A stretch of 57,068 nt of DNA, the filler included, from Sphacelaria rigidula (lineage: Eukaryota), in assembly GCA_964200075.2 (NCBI GenBank). It is 3 parts of 3 records of this genome, joined end to end, with 100 filler letters (N's around TTAATTAATTAA, not from the genome) between each part and the next. Parts side by side here need not be neighbours in the genome. Positions count along the whole stretch, not along the records: positions 1 to 18,957 come from CAXNAA020000757.1; 2 more parts are not named here. One strand, given 5' to 3'. Positions within the stretch are counted from its first letter, which is position 1. The number at the start of each line of letters is the position of its first letter. The notes under the pieces are model-generated. The model was not told the DNA's origin. It saw nothing but the letters and a program-made list of their open reading frames with translations, and ran no database searches. Below, piece after piece: positions 1-12,672 of the stretch. Position numbers and translations under genes: made by a program.

Positions 1-409
1 GTGCAACCAAATACCCCCCCCCTATCGTAGGATGACTCAGAGCGTGTATCGGGCCTCGTGGAGGAGGATTTCGGAAGTGAGACACATTATTCACTGATTG
101 ACCGCTTCTCACTCTCAATCGTACCCTGGCCTCTCAATCTCACGAAAACATCGTTCTATGAGATTTCTCGTTTTTACATTTGAAAAACGTTTCAAGCAAC
201 GGAATGTTTTTTTTTCCGAAACATTAGCGGCGGCATATTGTTATCTCCAGAGGCGTTTCCTGTTCATCATCTGCGGAGACATTGAAAAGACCCTGCAACT
301 ATTTTTCACGAGACCCGAAGGGAGTCACGAAAGCTCCTCCTCTCATCTTACCAGAGACGTTTCGAATACACGACGGGGGACACGTATGGCTTTCGGGACT
401 GGGGCGCAA

Positions 410-761
410 CACACGCGGCCACTTGGCTACCCCCAAGATTCCTCCGGGGCGACCAATTTTTCGAGCCTCCAGAGGAATTAAACGCCTCCGGAAGGGTGCG
501 CGGCCCTCTAGAGGAGTATTTTCTGGTTGCCTCTAGAGGGATGAAACACCTCCGGAGGCTTGTTTTTGCTTCTGGAGCGCCGTACACCCCGCCGGAATCA
601 TTCTATTACTCCCAATCTCCTCCGGAGGCGTGCGCGGCCCTACAGGGCGATAGCGTTTGATTTCCTTCAGAGATAGAAGGCCTCTGGAGACTTTTTTTGC
701 CTCTCGAGGGCCACGTATCCCTCCGGAGGCATTTTGGGGGGTAGCCAAATGGCCGCGTGTG
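410..761. mobile_element. MITE family A, copy 1
   Basis: TIRs CACACGCGGCCACTTGGCTACCCCC / GGGGGTAGCCAAATGGCCGCGTGTG; internal repeats of the palindrome CCTCCGGAGG; second copy at 8675. Confidence 0.85.
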
Positions 762-3700
762 AAGCTAGGGGGGAAGTACGAGTGAGCTGCTAAATTAGGA
801 GTGGCAACGTGTCGAAGCATCTAAGCATCACATTTGTATATGTCACGAGACTCGTCGTAATTTGCTTCGGGCCGTGAATTAGCTGCGCGTATTTCTACAT
901 TCCCCAGTGCGCGTTTACTTTACTGTACATGATAAAAAAAAACACCAGCGCACCGCAGCCCTAAGCGTACAGTATGCCAGCTTCCATGTGGACCACGCCA
1001 GTAGCAGCTAAGCCGGCGCCAAAGGTGTCCTCTTTCACTCGATATGCCAAGAAACCCTCTCTGCGTGTGGTTTTTCGTAGTACGTGGTCATACGCGCAGC
1101 CTGTGTGTGCTCCTCTCCGGGCAACAGCCAGCTGTAAGTACATTATCATGATACTTGAGATAGCACCCGCCCAGAGTCTACACGCACATCTGCAGCAGTA
1201 GGTGCTTAGCTTTCAACAGACAAAAATAACTCAGCAGTCTTTTTTCTGGGGCAACATCCGCGTCCGAGGTAAGCCAGCCTCGGACGGGATGTGCGCGGTC
1301 CAGGTCCATACTTTACACTCGAGGGTCGGATTTTCAGATTTGGCGTACAGGATGAGCACCGCGTGATAGCTGAAACAGTTAGGGATAAGAAGACTTCGTT
1401 TCTCCATGAATTAGGCGACGTAAATGAGATCCCTTCTTCACGACAATATCCGAAAGACATGAAAAACAGCTAAAAACGCCTTTTTTCTCTTGTCAAGCTC
1501 TCTTCATTCTCCATGCCAAATATGGGAATCTAAACCTCAAAGTGAAGATGGTGAAAGGCGTTTTACAGTGTGGGCAAGCCGGTTCTCGGAAATAGTTTCA
1601 TGTAGGCCATCCACCACTCCCGTTTTTGTGATTTCTCTTTGACATGCTGTCTCGAGAATCGCTAGGGCATGATGAACATAGACGAAAATGGCCCACGTGA
1701 AATATTTTTTCATGAGTTGAGGACCTCCTAGTGTAGCGACGACAGTGTCATGCCCACGGCATTCTTAGCTCACGAAGCAACACACAAAATAACGAAGACC
1801 CGCCTGAGTCGTGTTCACGATGTGCCCTTGCGATTCGCCTTACGAAACTCAAAACAAGCAGAGAAACTGGCTCGAGCGAGAAAAGCTATGCAAATCTACC
1901 ACGGAACTATCCTCCGCTCAAATTTTCATGCCCCCCAACCCTCACTTTATATATTACCTCCGATATCCCCCACCAGAGTTAAAAGCACAACCATTGTAAT
2001 GACACGTGAGTATGAAATTTAGTGCACGTTGTGTGAGTGCACGCGAAATATTGAGTCAAATGCATAAAAACATGAACCCCATACCCCGAGGGAGGTAAAG
2101 GAGTTAGGTTCAGGCGTGGGTATCGATCCTTTGCCCGTGCTGCAGGAAATGTCAAAGCGAACGTTCATCATTTGCTATACGCGCCGATAGTGGTTTCAAA
2201 TAAACGTCAGTTACAGTTCATCTCCGCACGTATGTAGCGTTGCGCCAACAGGAGAAGACAGGATTGTTTGTGTTCGCTGCTTACTAAAGGCATTGTATAT
2301 GATTTAAAGTAATAGCTGTTTCATACAGTAAACTTGGTTGTGGAGATCTCCCGTACGAGAACTAAAAATGACTGTAAGAGCGTATATGCGTTTTCAAGCT
2401 GGCCCAGCTCGTGCAGTCATTTCGGTTTGAATCGGAATATCTATGGAGTATTGTCGGACTCGGCGATCTTCAGCAGCTTTCCTAGCGTGCCGTTGTTCAT
2501 CGCAGCAAACGTTCAACCTCAAGGTGTGGGGATCGACAGATACTACGCGCCCGTTCCACATTCCGAAACAAAATGGAAGAGTTCCGCTCATTGTTGCAGG
2601 ACTTGAACCATTTTTTCATGGGAACCAATATGTATCGTACAGCCTTGATGATTTCAGACCGTCTGCAGGGGATTTTCTCCCGGGGTTTGATTTTGATGAC
2701 TTAGATCCTACGGGCAATGTTTGCGACTAGCTGTGAGAATACCACATCAAATTTCCGATTCTCTGGACGTTGACTTTTGGCATGCCAGGCTTATGCTGAA
2801 CTCCAGACACTCCCGAATCTGTACAGATTTTAGGCACAGGTCTGTATGGATTCGGAAGTGCCCCGGTTTGATTGGAAAGGTAACATTCAACGTGGAGACA
2901 ATCGGAGGAATATATCATTTTGTCACAGGTGGCCGAAAAAACATTCCACGAGAAAAAATCGCCTAAGCAGGGGCTGAAATCCTTAATTCCCTATAACTAC
3001 AGGTGGGTTTCCATAACAACGCTTATTATTGGCTGAATCATGAAGGGGTGTTAATGACCATTTTTGGAAAACGACACTTATTTATATTCAGATCTCGCAC
3101 AATTTACAGGTACAGATAAGTCACAAGGGTCTGTAACATTTGTCACGAGAGTGATCGGGATTGATTCACAACCCCTGAGCTGGACGGAACTTGGTTGGAA
3201 AAATATCGCCGTCGGGTATTTTCCTGAATCATCTACTGTGGCATTCATCTCCACCACTCGAAAGTCCTGGCGTCAACACATATTTGAAAATTAAGCATGT
3301 GGTTCTCGGGACTCTATCCCTTGCCTCGTTTTATCGGGGTTATATGGGGTACGAATATCATGTGTAAGGTGGGTGTTACCGACCATCAGTGGTACCATAA
3401 ACACAATTTCCCGGCTATTGAGCGACGAAGAGTAGAATTTAGAGTGACAATGCCGAGTATTTACTCCACGAGAATGATCGAGATTATTTAAATAAAACGA
3501 AAACACCAAGATATGAGAATCCGGGGCTGCACAGTCGCAAGACTCCCGAGGGCCGGCCAGCCCATAGGTCGTCCGATATTGAGTGCATCGATGATCCTTA
3601 TTGAGGTATGTGGCGCAAATATCTGGTGTCCCTGATCCCCAACCTTTGGGAGGAATCGTGCACTGCGATGGGCGCTCGCACGCGAGGCAAAACTACTGGA

Positions 3701-6700
3701 AATCGCCGACGGCGAAAAAGAGTAAACAAAAACTGGTTCAAGTAAAACCGACGTTGTTTCACACGGTGTACCATGCGTGCAATATCCGTCTTGAGGATAA
3801 ACGCTCATTTTCAAATACCACGATGAAAGACACGTGCGGGTTATTATGCACAATCTATAAAAACTCGCCCCGATTCCTTGATGATTTCTTGCGCATGACA
3901 CTTCGCCACTCGAACATCTACCGTAGCAAATGCTACGAGCTCCGAGATTTTCGTAGGCGAGATAGATAGCCGATGTTTGTCATGCCACTTCTAGTATCCC
4001 AGACGCATGCCCTACAGACCCACTACTTCAGCGACACGTCAAAAAACAAGGCACATCACGCTAAGCCTATTCGCAGATGCGAATCGAGCGCGGCGATGCG
4101 TGCATTTGTCGCGGGTGAACCTGACATCGCCGTATTCTTCACCCTATCGAGAAGACAAGAAAAAAAGTCACCGAACATCGGCTTCTCCCTACCGTTGCGA
4201 ACCTACGTCGACACCCACGGCTTCCATGGCCGATGCTGCCCGGACGTCGTCGAAATTCCCTAACCCTTCACTGCCCTCCCCGGGGGTAACAATCCCTGGC
4301 ACCAGGTAATGAAGCTGCGCTCATAGGCGCATTTTCTTGGCCTTTCTCTGCATCTCCAGGTTACCGACTACCACCTGGGCATGGTCCCTCAACAGACCGA
4401 CTGTGAGCTTCCCGAAGGACACCTCGATCTACTTCAACGCGAGCAGAGCCGCCTTCGCGTCAGCGCGATTTCGTCAGTGCCACCCGAAGCACCACCGCCG
4501 CTTCTGTTCGCAGGCGGCGCTTCAGGTTTGGCGGCAGCGCGGGCGGCTTCCAACGTTGCACGCAGGGCCTGCTGCGTGGATTTCTCTTTCTTAAACTGTA
4601 CGGCAACCATGCTCAGTCGCCTACAATAATCGATGAATCGCACGTTGTGAACCATCTGGAGGGAGAAGTCGTACACTGCTTGCTCCGCATCAGGGTTGGA
4701 GTTCCACTCCCGGGTGGCACGAACGCACTGCTGCCACTACAGTGCATCGTCTCTAGTCCCCGCAAGTTGCACCGAGCGCGGAGGTCGAAAAAGTCCGGGT
4801 TCACATACTTCTGAGCATTCAGCAAAGGCAAGAACAACTGGCCTTCGTTAGTATTCCGGCGCGTGGGTGAAGCCGCTAGCGAGCAACCACCACGACACCA
4901 TGCACAACACGGCCGCGCGATTCCCATTCAGTTCCAACGCACCCATGGGGTATCTAAACTCGACCATGATGACATCCTTGACCACAGTATCCAGCTTGTC
5001 GCTCGTGGCCCAGCTTGTCGCTCGTGGCCTGCAAGACGCCAACACATGGAAAGACACCAGGGTGGGGCGAGGGTATCAGACGTGTACTGTTTGTGTTGGA
5101 ACACATAAAAACAGGAGAGGTGGTCCATGAGGAAAGCGCCGGCATCAGCCGGAACAAAAATTATCGCCAAAGAGCGAGGTTGTACAGACCCATTGCCGTC
5201 GGCCCGTGAGACGGCAACGCTAGGGAAGAAGCATACTAGTTGGAACTTGCCTGCTCGACGGATAAATGGAAGATCGACAGGGCCCCCTTCGCTGTGGGAG
5301 TTGGGTGGTCAGCGCCGGAGATATGGAAATGAGCTGACGCCACCGCCTCCACCGTTGGCCGGATGACGAACGCCAACATCTCTTCATGACGTCCGTTTTG
5401 GCGCAACTTCGTGAACCTCGACGCTCGTGATGAGTTGGTGGGATCCGCAATAACGGTCCGCCGTGGTGCAATAAGTTTATACCAGATACGTCGAATCCCT
5501 CAGGGGGTCGCGGTAAGGCCCAGCACAGCTGTCGCTAGGGGTAGCTACCGCTGGACTTCCTGCGCACAACGTTCGAGAAACTTCCTCATCACTGTGTCGT
5601 ACCGTGACCCGCGACAGGGAAGTTCCGAATACTTTCGTCGATCTTGCCTCTTGATCTCTTGACAGGACGTCAACAACGGTATGTGTGGGCGAGAATAGAG
5701 TACACCGATAAGTTCCGGTGCCGTCATGGGCGACCCCGTGGGCGACACATGCTGTGAGCGAAAACCTACAGGGCTTAATTTGCCGTTGGCGGGTGAACAA
5801 AGCAGGCGAAATAATCTACCGCTGTATGCCGATAACCACGGATCCTTGCCACGGACCAAACGATCTGCACGAGTGCGGCACGTGATGCGAACCTGACGAG
5901 GGGTTTCACGGATTTTGATGCAATAAATTATGTGATCTTTTGTGTGGAAAACCCTATCGTTTTCCACGAGTTTTCACATGTCGAACAACTCAAGAGTTGA
6001 CACATTTACGTGGTATAACCCAGCCTGTGGAAAAAGCTACAGCCGACTTGCACTGTATAACTCAGACAGTGGGGAATGATTCAACTGCGGTACAAATCAA
6101 GACGATGGGAAATGTCACTCCTGAGTTGCGCGGTACAATTCATGGATATTGGTGCCGCCGGGTATACCCTAAAATGGACACCTGGGTTGTACCAAAACGA
6201 GTTAAATCGAATGCAGGTGATTCGACTTATCGGATGTGCAGAAATTTTCTTTGCACGTTTCATCCGTCGGGGGCAGCGGCAGTAGGATTGACGGACGTCA
6301 TGGCGCCTTCCATCTGCGGCGACACGAGTCATTATTCTCGCTGCGTTATCGATGTGCATAAGACGACGCAATGGCCTCTCATGATCGGTTGCACCGCCCA
6401 CGCGCTCATTTTCGAGTTTCACTACCTCACCTCCAAACCAACGGAGCCAACACCAGCGGTGTTGACTGCATGCATATTTTCAGTATCCATGGGCGATGCC
6501 AAACGGAGGGTAGACTGATCCCTGCGTCAACGGTCCGAGTTGGGGGTGCGGTGTAGGTGAACACAAACGGCAAAGTGAGCTGTGTACCCTGGTGTGTTGT
6601 TGTCGTCCGTGCGGAGGAGTTGTTGCAGCCGTTGGGCAGTACAGGTGCTATCGCGCGGAGTCATCGAGGCTTCGGTCCCTAATTTGTGCGGTACCGGTTG

Positions 6701-8674
6701 TAAAAGAGGGCAGTACACAGTACAGTATCAGTACAGCACAGTGCAGTACCCTACATTACAAGGGTCGGACGAATTGATGATTTGTCTGGAAGTTGATTGA
6801 GTTTAGTGTAATTGATTCGTACCGTACGAATCAATCGTCAGACTTCGTTTTCAGCGTTGCAACCCAGGTACGCAACAGGCACGTGGAATGGCGCAAAAAT
6901 TGCGTGGAGACCTGTTTGACCAGCGGTCGACTTTTTCTCACTTTCGAGCAATCAGGCCTGAAAACCCGTGAATTTGGTGATTCGAACCGGGGATGATTCG
7001 TCCGAATCGTGCTACATTACACCAATACAAGAACACATCGCACACGAAACAACACACATTCACAACTTAAGACACGAAGTCCACAAGGACACGAAGTCTG
7101 CAAGAACATAGCACAACAGTGCAGGACGATTGAGCTCACTTCTCGTGTCTGCGAAGAAGCGAAAATGGGATCTCGTTTCACCGCTTGGCAGGGTCATGGT
7201 ATGATGCTGCAAGATCCTGGAGGGGTTAAAGTCAAGATTACACGCCGTTCTCGACACTGCAATGGTCGATTGACCCCATTTTTTTTCACAGCATCGGCCA
7301 ACTGTCTACTAAATGAGACGGCGCCGGTGGTACAGACGATTGATCAAAGGATCTCGGACGCACTCGCTTCTCGGCGAGAACATTATGCGGGTGCCGACTG
7401 CTATCTGTGGAGTGTACACCTGCTACTAGGGGCATCGACCTTGCCACTCACCAGATAAAATGAGGAGATTCCACATGCTCAGATTATTGCACACGTACTA
7501 CAGTTGGCTCTCCTTACTTCTTGCGTTCCCTCGTCGGCTGCAACTACTGTACTGGTGGCTGCAGTGGATCTCACCCATCAACCGAACTGTTCTTCATGCC
7601 CCACCTATTTTGTCATATTCTAACTCGAAAAACGCGAGCACGCTATGTCATGGATGATGACGAAAAACGACTCAAGTGCACAGGCTATGATTGAGTATCT
7701 TATACCCTTTGTCGTACACGCAAGAGAGATACATATTTTCCATGACTCTTGAACGAATTAGGTCGGCATCAATTTAGGCATTCTTGTGTTGGCAAGGTGT
7801 TGGTGGAATTTAGATACCATCGATCGAGATCCAAGCAAACACAACCTGGTATCTTCCTCACGGGAACGGCCATGCTATCGAACCAAATGTGATTATGAAA
7901 AACGAAAAGATATCGCGTTCTCGCCGAGCGATCTCACGGCCGAGGTGAACACACATCAGTAGTGCAGTGTGTATGGGAAGTGTATGTGGATTTACCTTGG
8001 CTTGCGTGTCGTATTTATGTCTGGTTATGTTTATAGCATCAGTGTGCTGCTTAGACCTAGACCAACGATAGACAGAGAACATCACACTCTCACCCAAAAC
8101 TGGTCATAAATCAACGACAGACACGAAGATTGGCATGGAATCCTGGGAAACAGCGAAGAACAGCCCGCGGCCGTAGAAACGACACATGGGCAACTACCGT
8201 CGTATTAAGAACCCTTACGAGGCGAAGATTTCCAAATAACTATGAGGAGACCCTACTCCTGAAGCACATCGCCTACAAAGCTATCGACACCGTGCGGATC
8301 CAAAACTTCACTTCAAGGGATACGTACCTAGTGGTGGCAGCTACGCAGGTCTGCACGGTACGGCCGCACACAGGTGGGTATTGTTCGTTCAGAGTGCGGG
8401 CAAATTCATGCAACACATGTATGTACGTTAGGGTACTCTAAGCTGCACCGCTGGAGTACTTCACTGACGTACGTGCACGCCACTCTGTGGTGAAACTAAT
8501 TGTACTGAGCGGTTGACATCCACATCAGGCCCGACTAGAGCGCGTACAGAGCGCAAGCTACAGTAAAAGGGCTTGATATCTGTCCTACACTGTCAGTGAA
8601 AACAAAGTGATGAACGCGTTTGAGTAGTATATGACGCGGAATGTGCAAGAGCGTATGTCCGCAAACGGCGACCA

Positions 8675-9007
8675 CACACGCGGCTATTTGGCTACCCACC
8701 AAACTCCTCCAGGTGGGTGAACTTTTCGAGCCTCCAGAGGAATTAAACGCCTCCGGAGGGGTGCGCGGCCTTCAAGAGGAGATTTTTTTGTTTCCTCCAG
8801 AGGGATTAAACACCTCCGGAGGCTTGTTTTTGCCTCTGGAGGGCCGCGCATACCCCCAAATTCCTCCGGAGGGGTGCGCGGCCCTCCGGGTCGGTAGTGT
8901 TTAGTTTCCTCCAGAGGGATTGAAGACCCACCGAGGCTTGTTTTGCCTCTGGAAGGCCGCGCATCCCTCCGGAGGCATTTTGGCGGGTAGCCAAATGGCC
9001 GCGTGTG
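8675..9007. mobile_element. MITE family A, copy 2 (in an intron of the RDR-like gene)
   Basis: TIRs CACACGCGGCTATTTGGCTACCC / GGGTAGCCAAATGGCCGCGTGTG; same internal CCTCCGGAGG/CCTCCAGAGG repeats. Confidence 0.85.
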
Positions 9008-9419
9008 TACGGTGCTTGACCCCAACAGCTCCACCACCGCTGTCGACGCATACACCGTCTAAGAAGATGGTGGACACCGCCAATCCACGGCGCTTGAACA
9101 TAAGAAATGGCGCAGGGTGTCACTTGCAAGTGTCCTGATGATTCTCGCACAGGTGCGAGCACCACAGCATGTTCACAGGGCAGCGCTGCAAGTGTTGCGC
9201 TGCAGTCAGAAGGGTTCAGACTTCTCCTATCGTGAAGCTTCCGAGGAAAAAATCGTGCCGCCTCCTTTTCGGAGAACGCTGAACGCCGGGTCTGAAAGCG
9301 CCATATATTTTAGGGGTTTCCGAAAAAACAGTGTCAATAACAATGGGCCTTAATAGCGGATCGGTCCGAGAAACTGCTCCGTCTTTTTTTCCCATAGCCT
9401 GGTTTCCACCGTAGAAGTG

Positions 9420-10250
9420 TGAAGTGTTCTCCTGCCCGCCCAGGACACACGCTCCCGCAAAATGAGTATTTTCCTTCCATCCGAAATCATGGCAGGTTGT
9501 ATCCTTCGGCGTTTTTCGGTGGTGTAAATATACTCCCGCTATGCGGGTTTTGGTCCATGTCGGCTTTTTTGCGCTTTCGTTTGCGCCATACGAGTCGACC
9601 GATCCGCGAGGAGCGCTCAAATGGCTTGGGGGGATGTCGCGGATCATTCGACATCAATTGCTTTGCCCCGGGCACGTTACCAAGGGGGCGCGTTAAGTCT
9701 GGGGGTGTTTGTCCCGTTGCCGCCTTCCCTCGTGACATTTTGAGGTGCTTTCCTGTCTACTCTTCGTCGGGGCACACGCTACCACAAGACTGATACGTTT
9801 CCCGACGTCGAAATCACAGCAGATTTTGATCCGTCAGCGTTTTTTAGGATGGTGATTTATTTCCGCCATGCGGGTTTTGATCCATCTTGTTTTTTTCTCG
9901 CTTTCGTTCATGTTGTGCTAGTATACCGATCCGCGAGGATCGCTTATATAGCGAAGGGGGATGCGGATCATTCGACATCATTTGTTGTGCCCTGGATACG
10001 TTACCAAGGGGGCGCGTTAGATCTGGGGGGTTTCGTCCCGTCGTCGGGTTTCCACCGTAAATGTGTGAGCGAGGTGTTCTCCTGTCCGCTCTCGGTCAGG
10101 GCACACGCTCCCACAAACGGGTATTTTTCCTGAAGCCGAAATCATGGCAGGTTCTGATCCGTCAGCGTTTATTTGGAGTGGTAATGCTTTCTCACTATGC
10201 AGGTTTTGATCCATCTTGGTGTTTTTTCGCTTTCATCAGTGTTGTGCTAC
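9420..10250. repeat. Diverged tandem repeat, ~325-bp period, ~2.5 copies
   Basis: CACACGCT...CGAAATCA...ATCC blocks recur near 9447, 9773 and 10102; GCGGATCATTCGACATCA recurs near 9639 and 9963. Confidence 0.75.
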
Positions 10251-11955
10251 AGTATATGCAGCAGATCCCGTTCATGTTCGTTTCAGTATTACTAACGGGG
10301 CTTACTTTTTACACGATTCGTGACATCTCCGACATTTTCGGACAATCTCTACTTTTCTCGGGAAATGTTAGGGCACGTTTCTTACCCAGCTCAGGCAATA
10401 GATCAATTTTGGACTCATGCCGTTTGTTAGGGATAACACAATGCTTGTCGGGCAACGACAACGCTCGTCAGGTAGCGCAACGGTCCTGGACACCTTCTCG
10501 ACAGTGGATTCGTCGGATGAGCATTGCAGATTATAGAGCCCAGAACACTCGCAGAGGCGCGAGTCGGTCCGATAGTCATATATGCCGCCGAAGCACAGAC
10601 TGTTTTCCTTCTCTCTCACACACACCCCCGCGCGCGTACAGCGGTAGTACCTACCTAGAGTTGGAGTTTTATACAGCAAAGCAGTAAAGTTTTCCGAAAA
10701 CGTAAAAAAAAAAACGAGAAGAAAGCCGCGTTAACATCGGACCCTTCGGCCCACAAAGCGGTTCTAGAGACGCAGCTTCAGACCAAGTTGCCGACTACTG
10801 CTGTGGCTAAAACTGTGAGCAACTACTGAAGTTACGACCGTGACAACAACAACAACAGCAGCAGCCGGTACCACTTTCATCACGGACATACTGCGTTGCG
10901 GATTGTATCCACCGTAAGCATACAGCATTTCGTATTCCCTACTTCGCGGGCTGAAGGGCGCGACTACAGCGGATCCACAGCGCTTTCTGTTCTCGGCCAT
11001 GGCTCTGAGTTTTATTGGCAAGGCAGCTACCAATCTTCGTACACCGACAAGCACCACAGGGTGCAGACAGGCTGGTGTTGTCATGATTCTGTCCGGAGAA
11101 TGACTTTTTTTTCGGGCAAGTCAGAAAAAAAGCGCTTTTCAAGGGAAAACTTCAAGAAACTCGGGAAAATAGAAAAGTATGGAAAGATCCCGTTACTAAT
11201 ACCCTCAAGTGAAGACATCAAAGCCCTCGAGGTCGAAGCAAGAGGGCTTCGTAAATGTGGAAGTATTGAAGCCCCCCCCCTCCCCCCCCTCCTTGACTCT
11301 TTGACCGTCAGGGTGATCTACTCGACCGACATCTTTTCGTTTGAGAATGAATGTAAGGGTCACATGACCTACCCCAGCGGTCGGAGGGTTGGTGTCGGGG
11401 GAAGGTTCAATTTCTGGAGACGAAAAGTTGGAAGATAGCATGGTATTATGCTGTCTCTATGGTGTGTCCTGATGGTTATTTCGTCTTACCCCTTGACCAC
11501 TTGCATAGTGTCGTGTTCAGACTGTGGTATTTTTTCATCTCCATCAGCTTTGTGGAAGCGGGAAGTTGTGGGTTTTGCGTGCGTATGAGGAGTGTGAGCT
11601 TTCATATTCAAGGCAAGTCATAAACTTGCGTATAGACAAAATCGATTCAAATTTTCAACCATGCTTAGCAGTTAAGGATGTAAGCTGCTTGTGGGAAAAG
11701 TCCAATCTCTCGACATTACCTGGACTGCCTGTCTTTTTCATCCCCGGCATCTAGGTGACTTGCACTGGCTACTAAAGGCTGCTGTGCCTCGGACCTAAAT
11801 CTCATTAGTTGGGCTGCAATTGACCGCTCTACTGTTGCGTGGTCATCCATGGCTCCGATCGGTAGCGAAGATCCCCTCGTGCTGTCGCGTCGGTCAGAAT
11901 GCTCTGCAGCGACGGCTACGTTTTGCTGGGAGAAGCAGCAGCCGTCACAGCAGTC

Positions 11956-11956
<1 letters not shown>

Positions 11957-12007
<51 letters not shown>
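11957..12007 (+). repeat. (CAG)17 microsatellite
   Basis: Direct read; lies just upstream of the minus-strand acceptor at 11926-11928. Confidence 0.95.
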
Positions 12008-12009
<2 letters not shown>

Positions 12010-12457
12010 CCTATGTGGTCCGCGCAACGGCAAGGCGGCGCATTCCTTCGTGGTAAGTGTATCTGCCGTAGTACTGCGTGCTAGTTGTCGCTTGTTCTCC
12101 CTTACTATTTTCATACATGTTAACTGCATGTAGTATACTTGAGTTCTACTATAAGCAGGTAATGGAAAGCCGCAAAAATAACGGGGAGCGAGCAAGCAGG
12201 AATTACAAACCTTAGTCCCACGCAGATTGTTGGCTAGGACACACAGTCGTAGGCACGTTTTGGGGGAGGCAAGGTGTAAAATTTTCCTCATCCATAGTTG
12301 GTAAGATAGTTACCTCTCCAACCCTCTTCTAGGCAGAAAAACGCATCGAAGAGGCCTACAAAAAAGGGTAGGGCGATGTGAATGCTCTATCCGGCACAAG
12401 AGGTGAATAACCACAAGCGTATGTTGAGGACTCACCACCTTTGCACAAATATATCGT

Positions 12458-12672
12458 ATGTTGGGGCTACTTTTTTCTGCATCAAACTCTACCGCCCTCT
12501 CCCCGCTATCTCTGCATAATGAAAACCTACGCCGCACCAATGCGCAGAAAAACGGCGACGTACTGGGTTCGGATAACGATGGCGGGGGTAGCGGAAGCAG
12601 CAGTGGTACCCACATCGATGACTACGATGTGGTCAAGCCAATTGGAAAGGGCAAGTTCGCCATGGTTTACAG
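12458..12672 (+). CDS. NEK6/7-like (NIMA-related) Ser/Thr kinase, exon 1
   Basis: ATG at 12458; ends ...HIDDYDVVKPIGKGKFAMVY(R), the kinase subdomain I Gly-rich loop. Exon ends AG|GCGAGC (phase 2). The start codon is uncertain. Confidence 0.85.

Larger units (their letters stand above)
4189..12291 (-). pseudogene. Disrupted multi-exon gene resembling a cellular RNA-dependent RNA polymerase (RDR/QDE-1 family)
   Basis: Phase-compatible minus-strand exons with AG/GT borders at 12211-12291, 11720-11925, 10913-11034, 9056-9134 and 8219-8327, then segments at ~7452-7530, ~7140-7305, 6431-6521, ~5250-5665 and 4189-5029. They give GHLQVTPCAISYVQAPWIGGVHHLLRR / YVSLEVKF.DPHGVDSFVGDVLQE*GLLI / KESQL*YV / IAVSRTACNLDFNPSRILQHH / AVNTAGVGSVG / VIADPTN, in the order of RDR motifs (vTP...lR, Flrv.F.D, lSkT, DG.G.iS, iaD..g). 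Stops, frameshifts and a 19-bp duplication at 4992-5029 disrupt it. No DxDGD motif was seen. Confidence 0.6.

Noticed and set aside
11849-12052. Plus-strand poly-Q exon candidate (MAPIGSED...Q17...|gtaagt)
   Set aside because: It overlaps the better-supported minus-strand exon 11720-11925, and the CAG run is explained as an intronic microsatellite. Not fully excluded.
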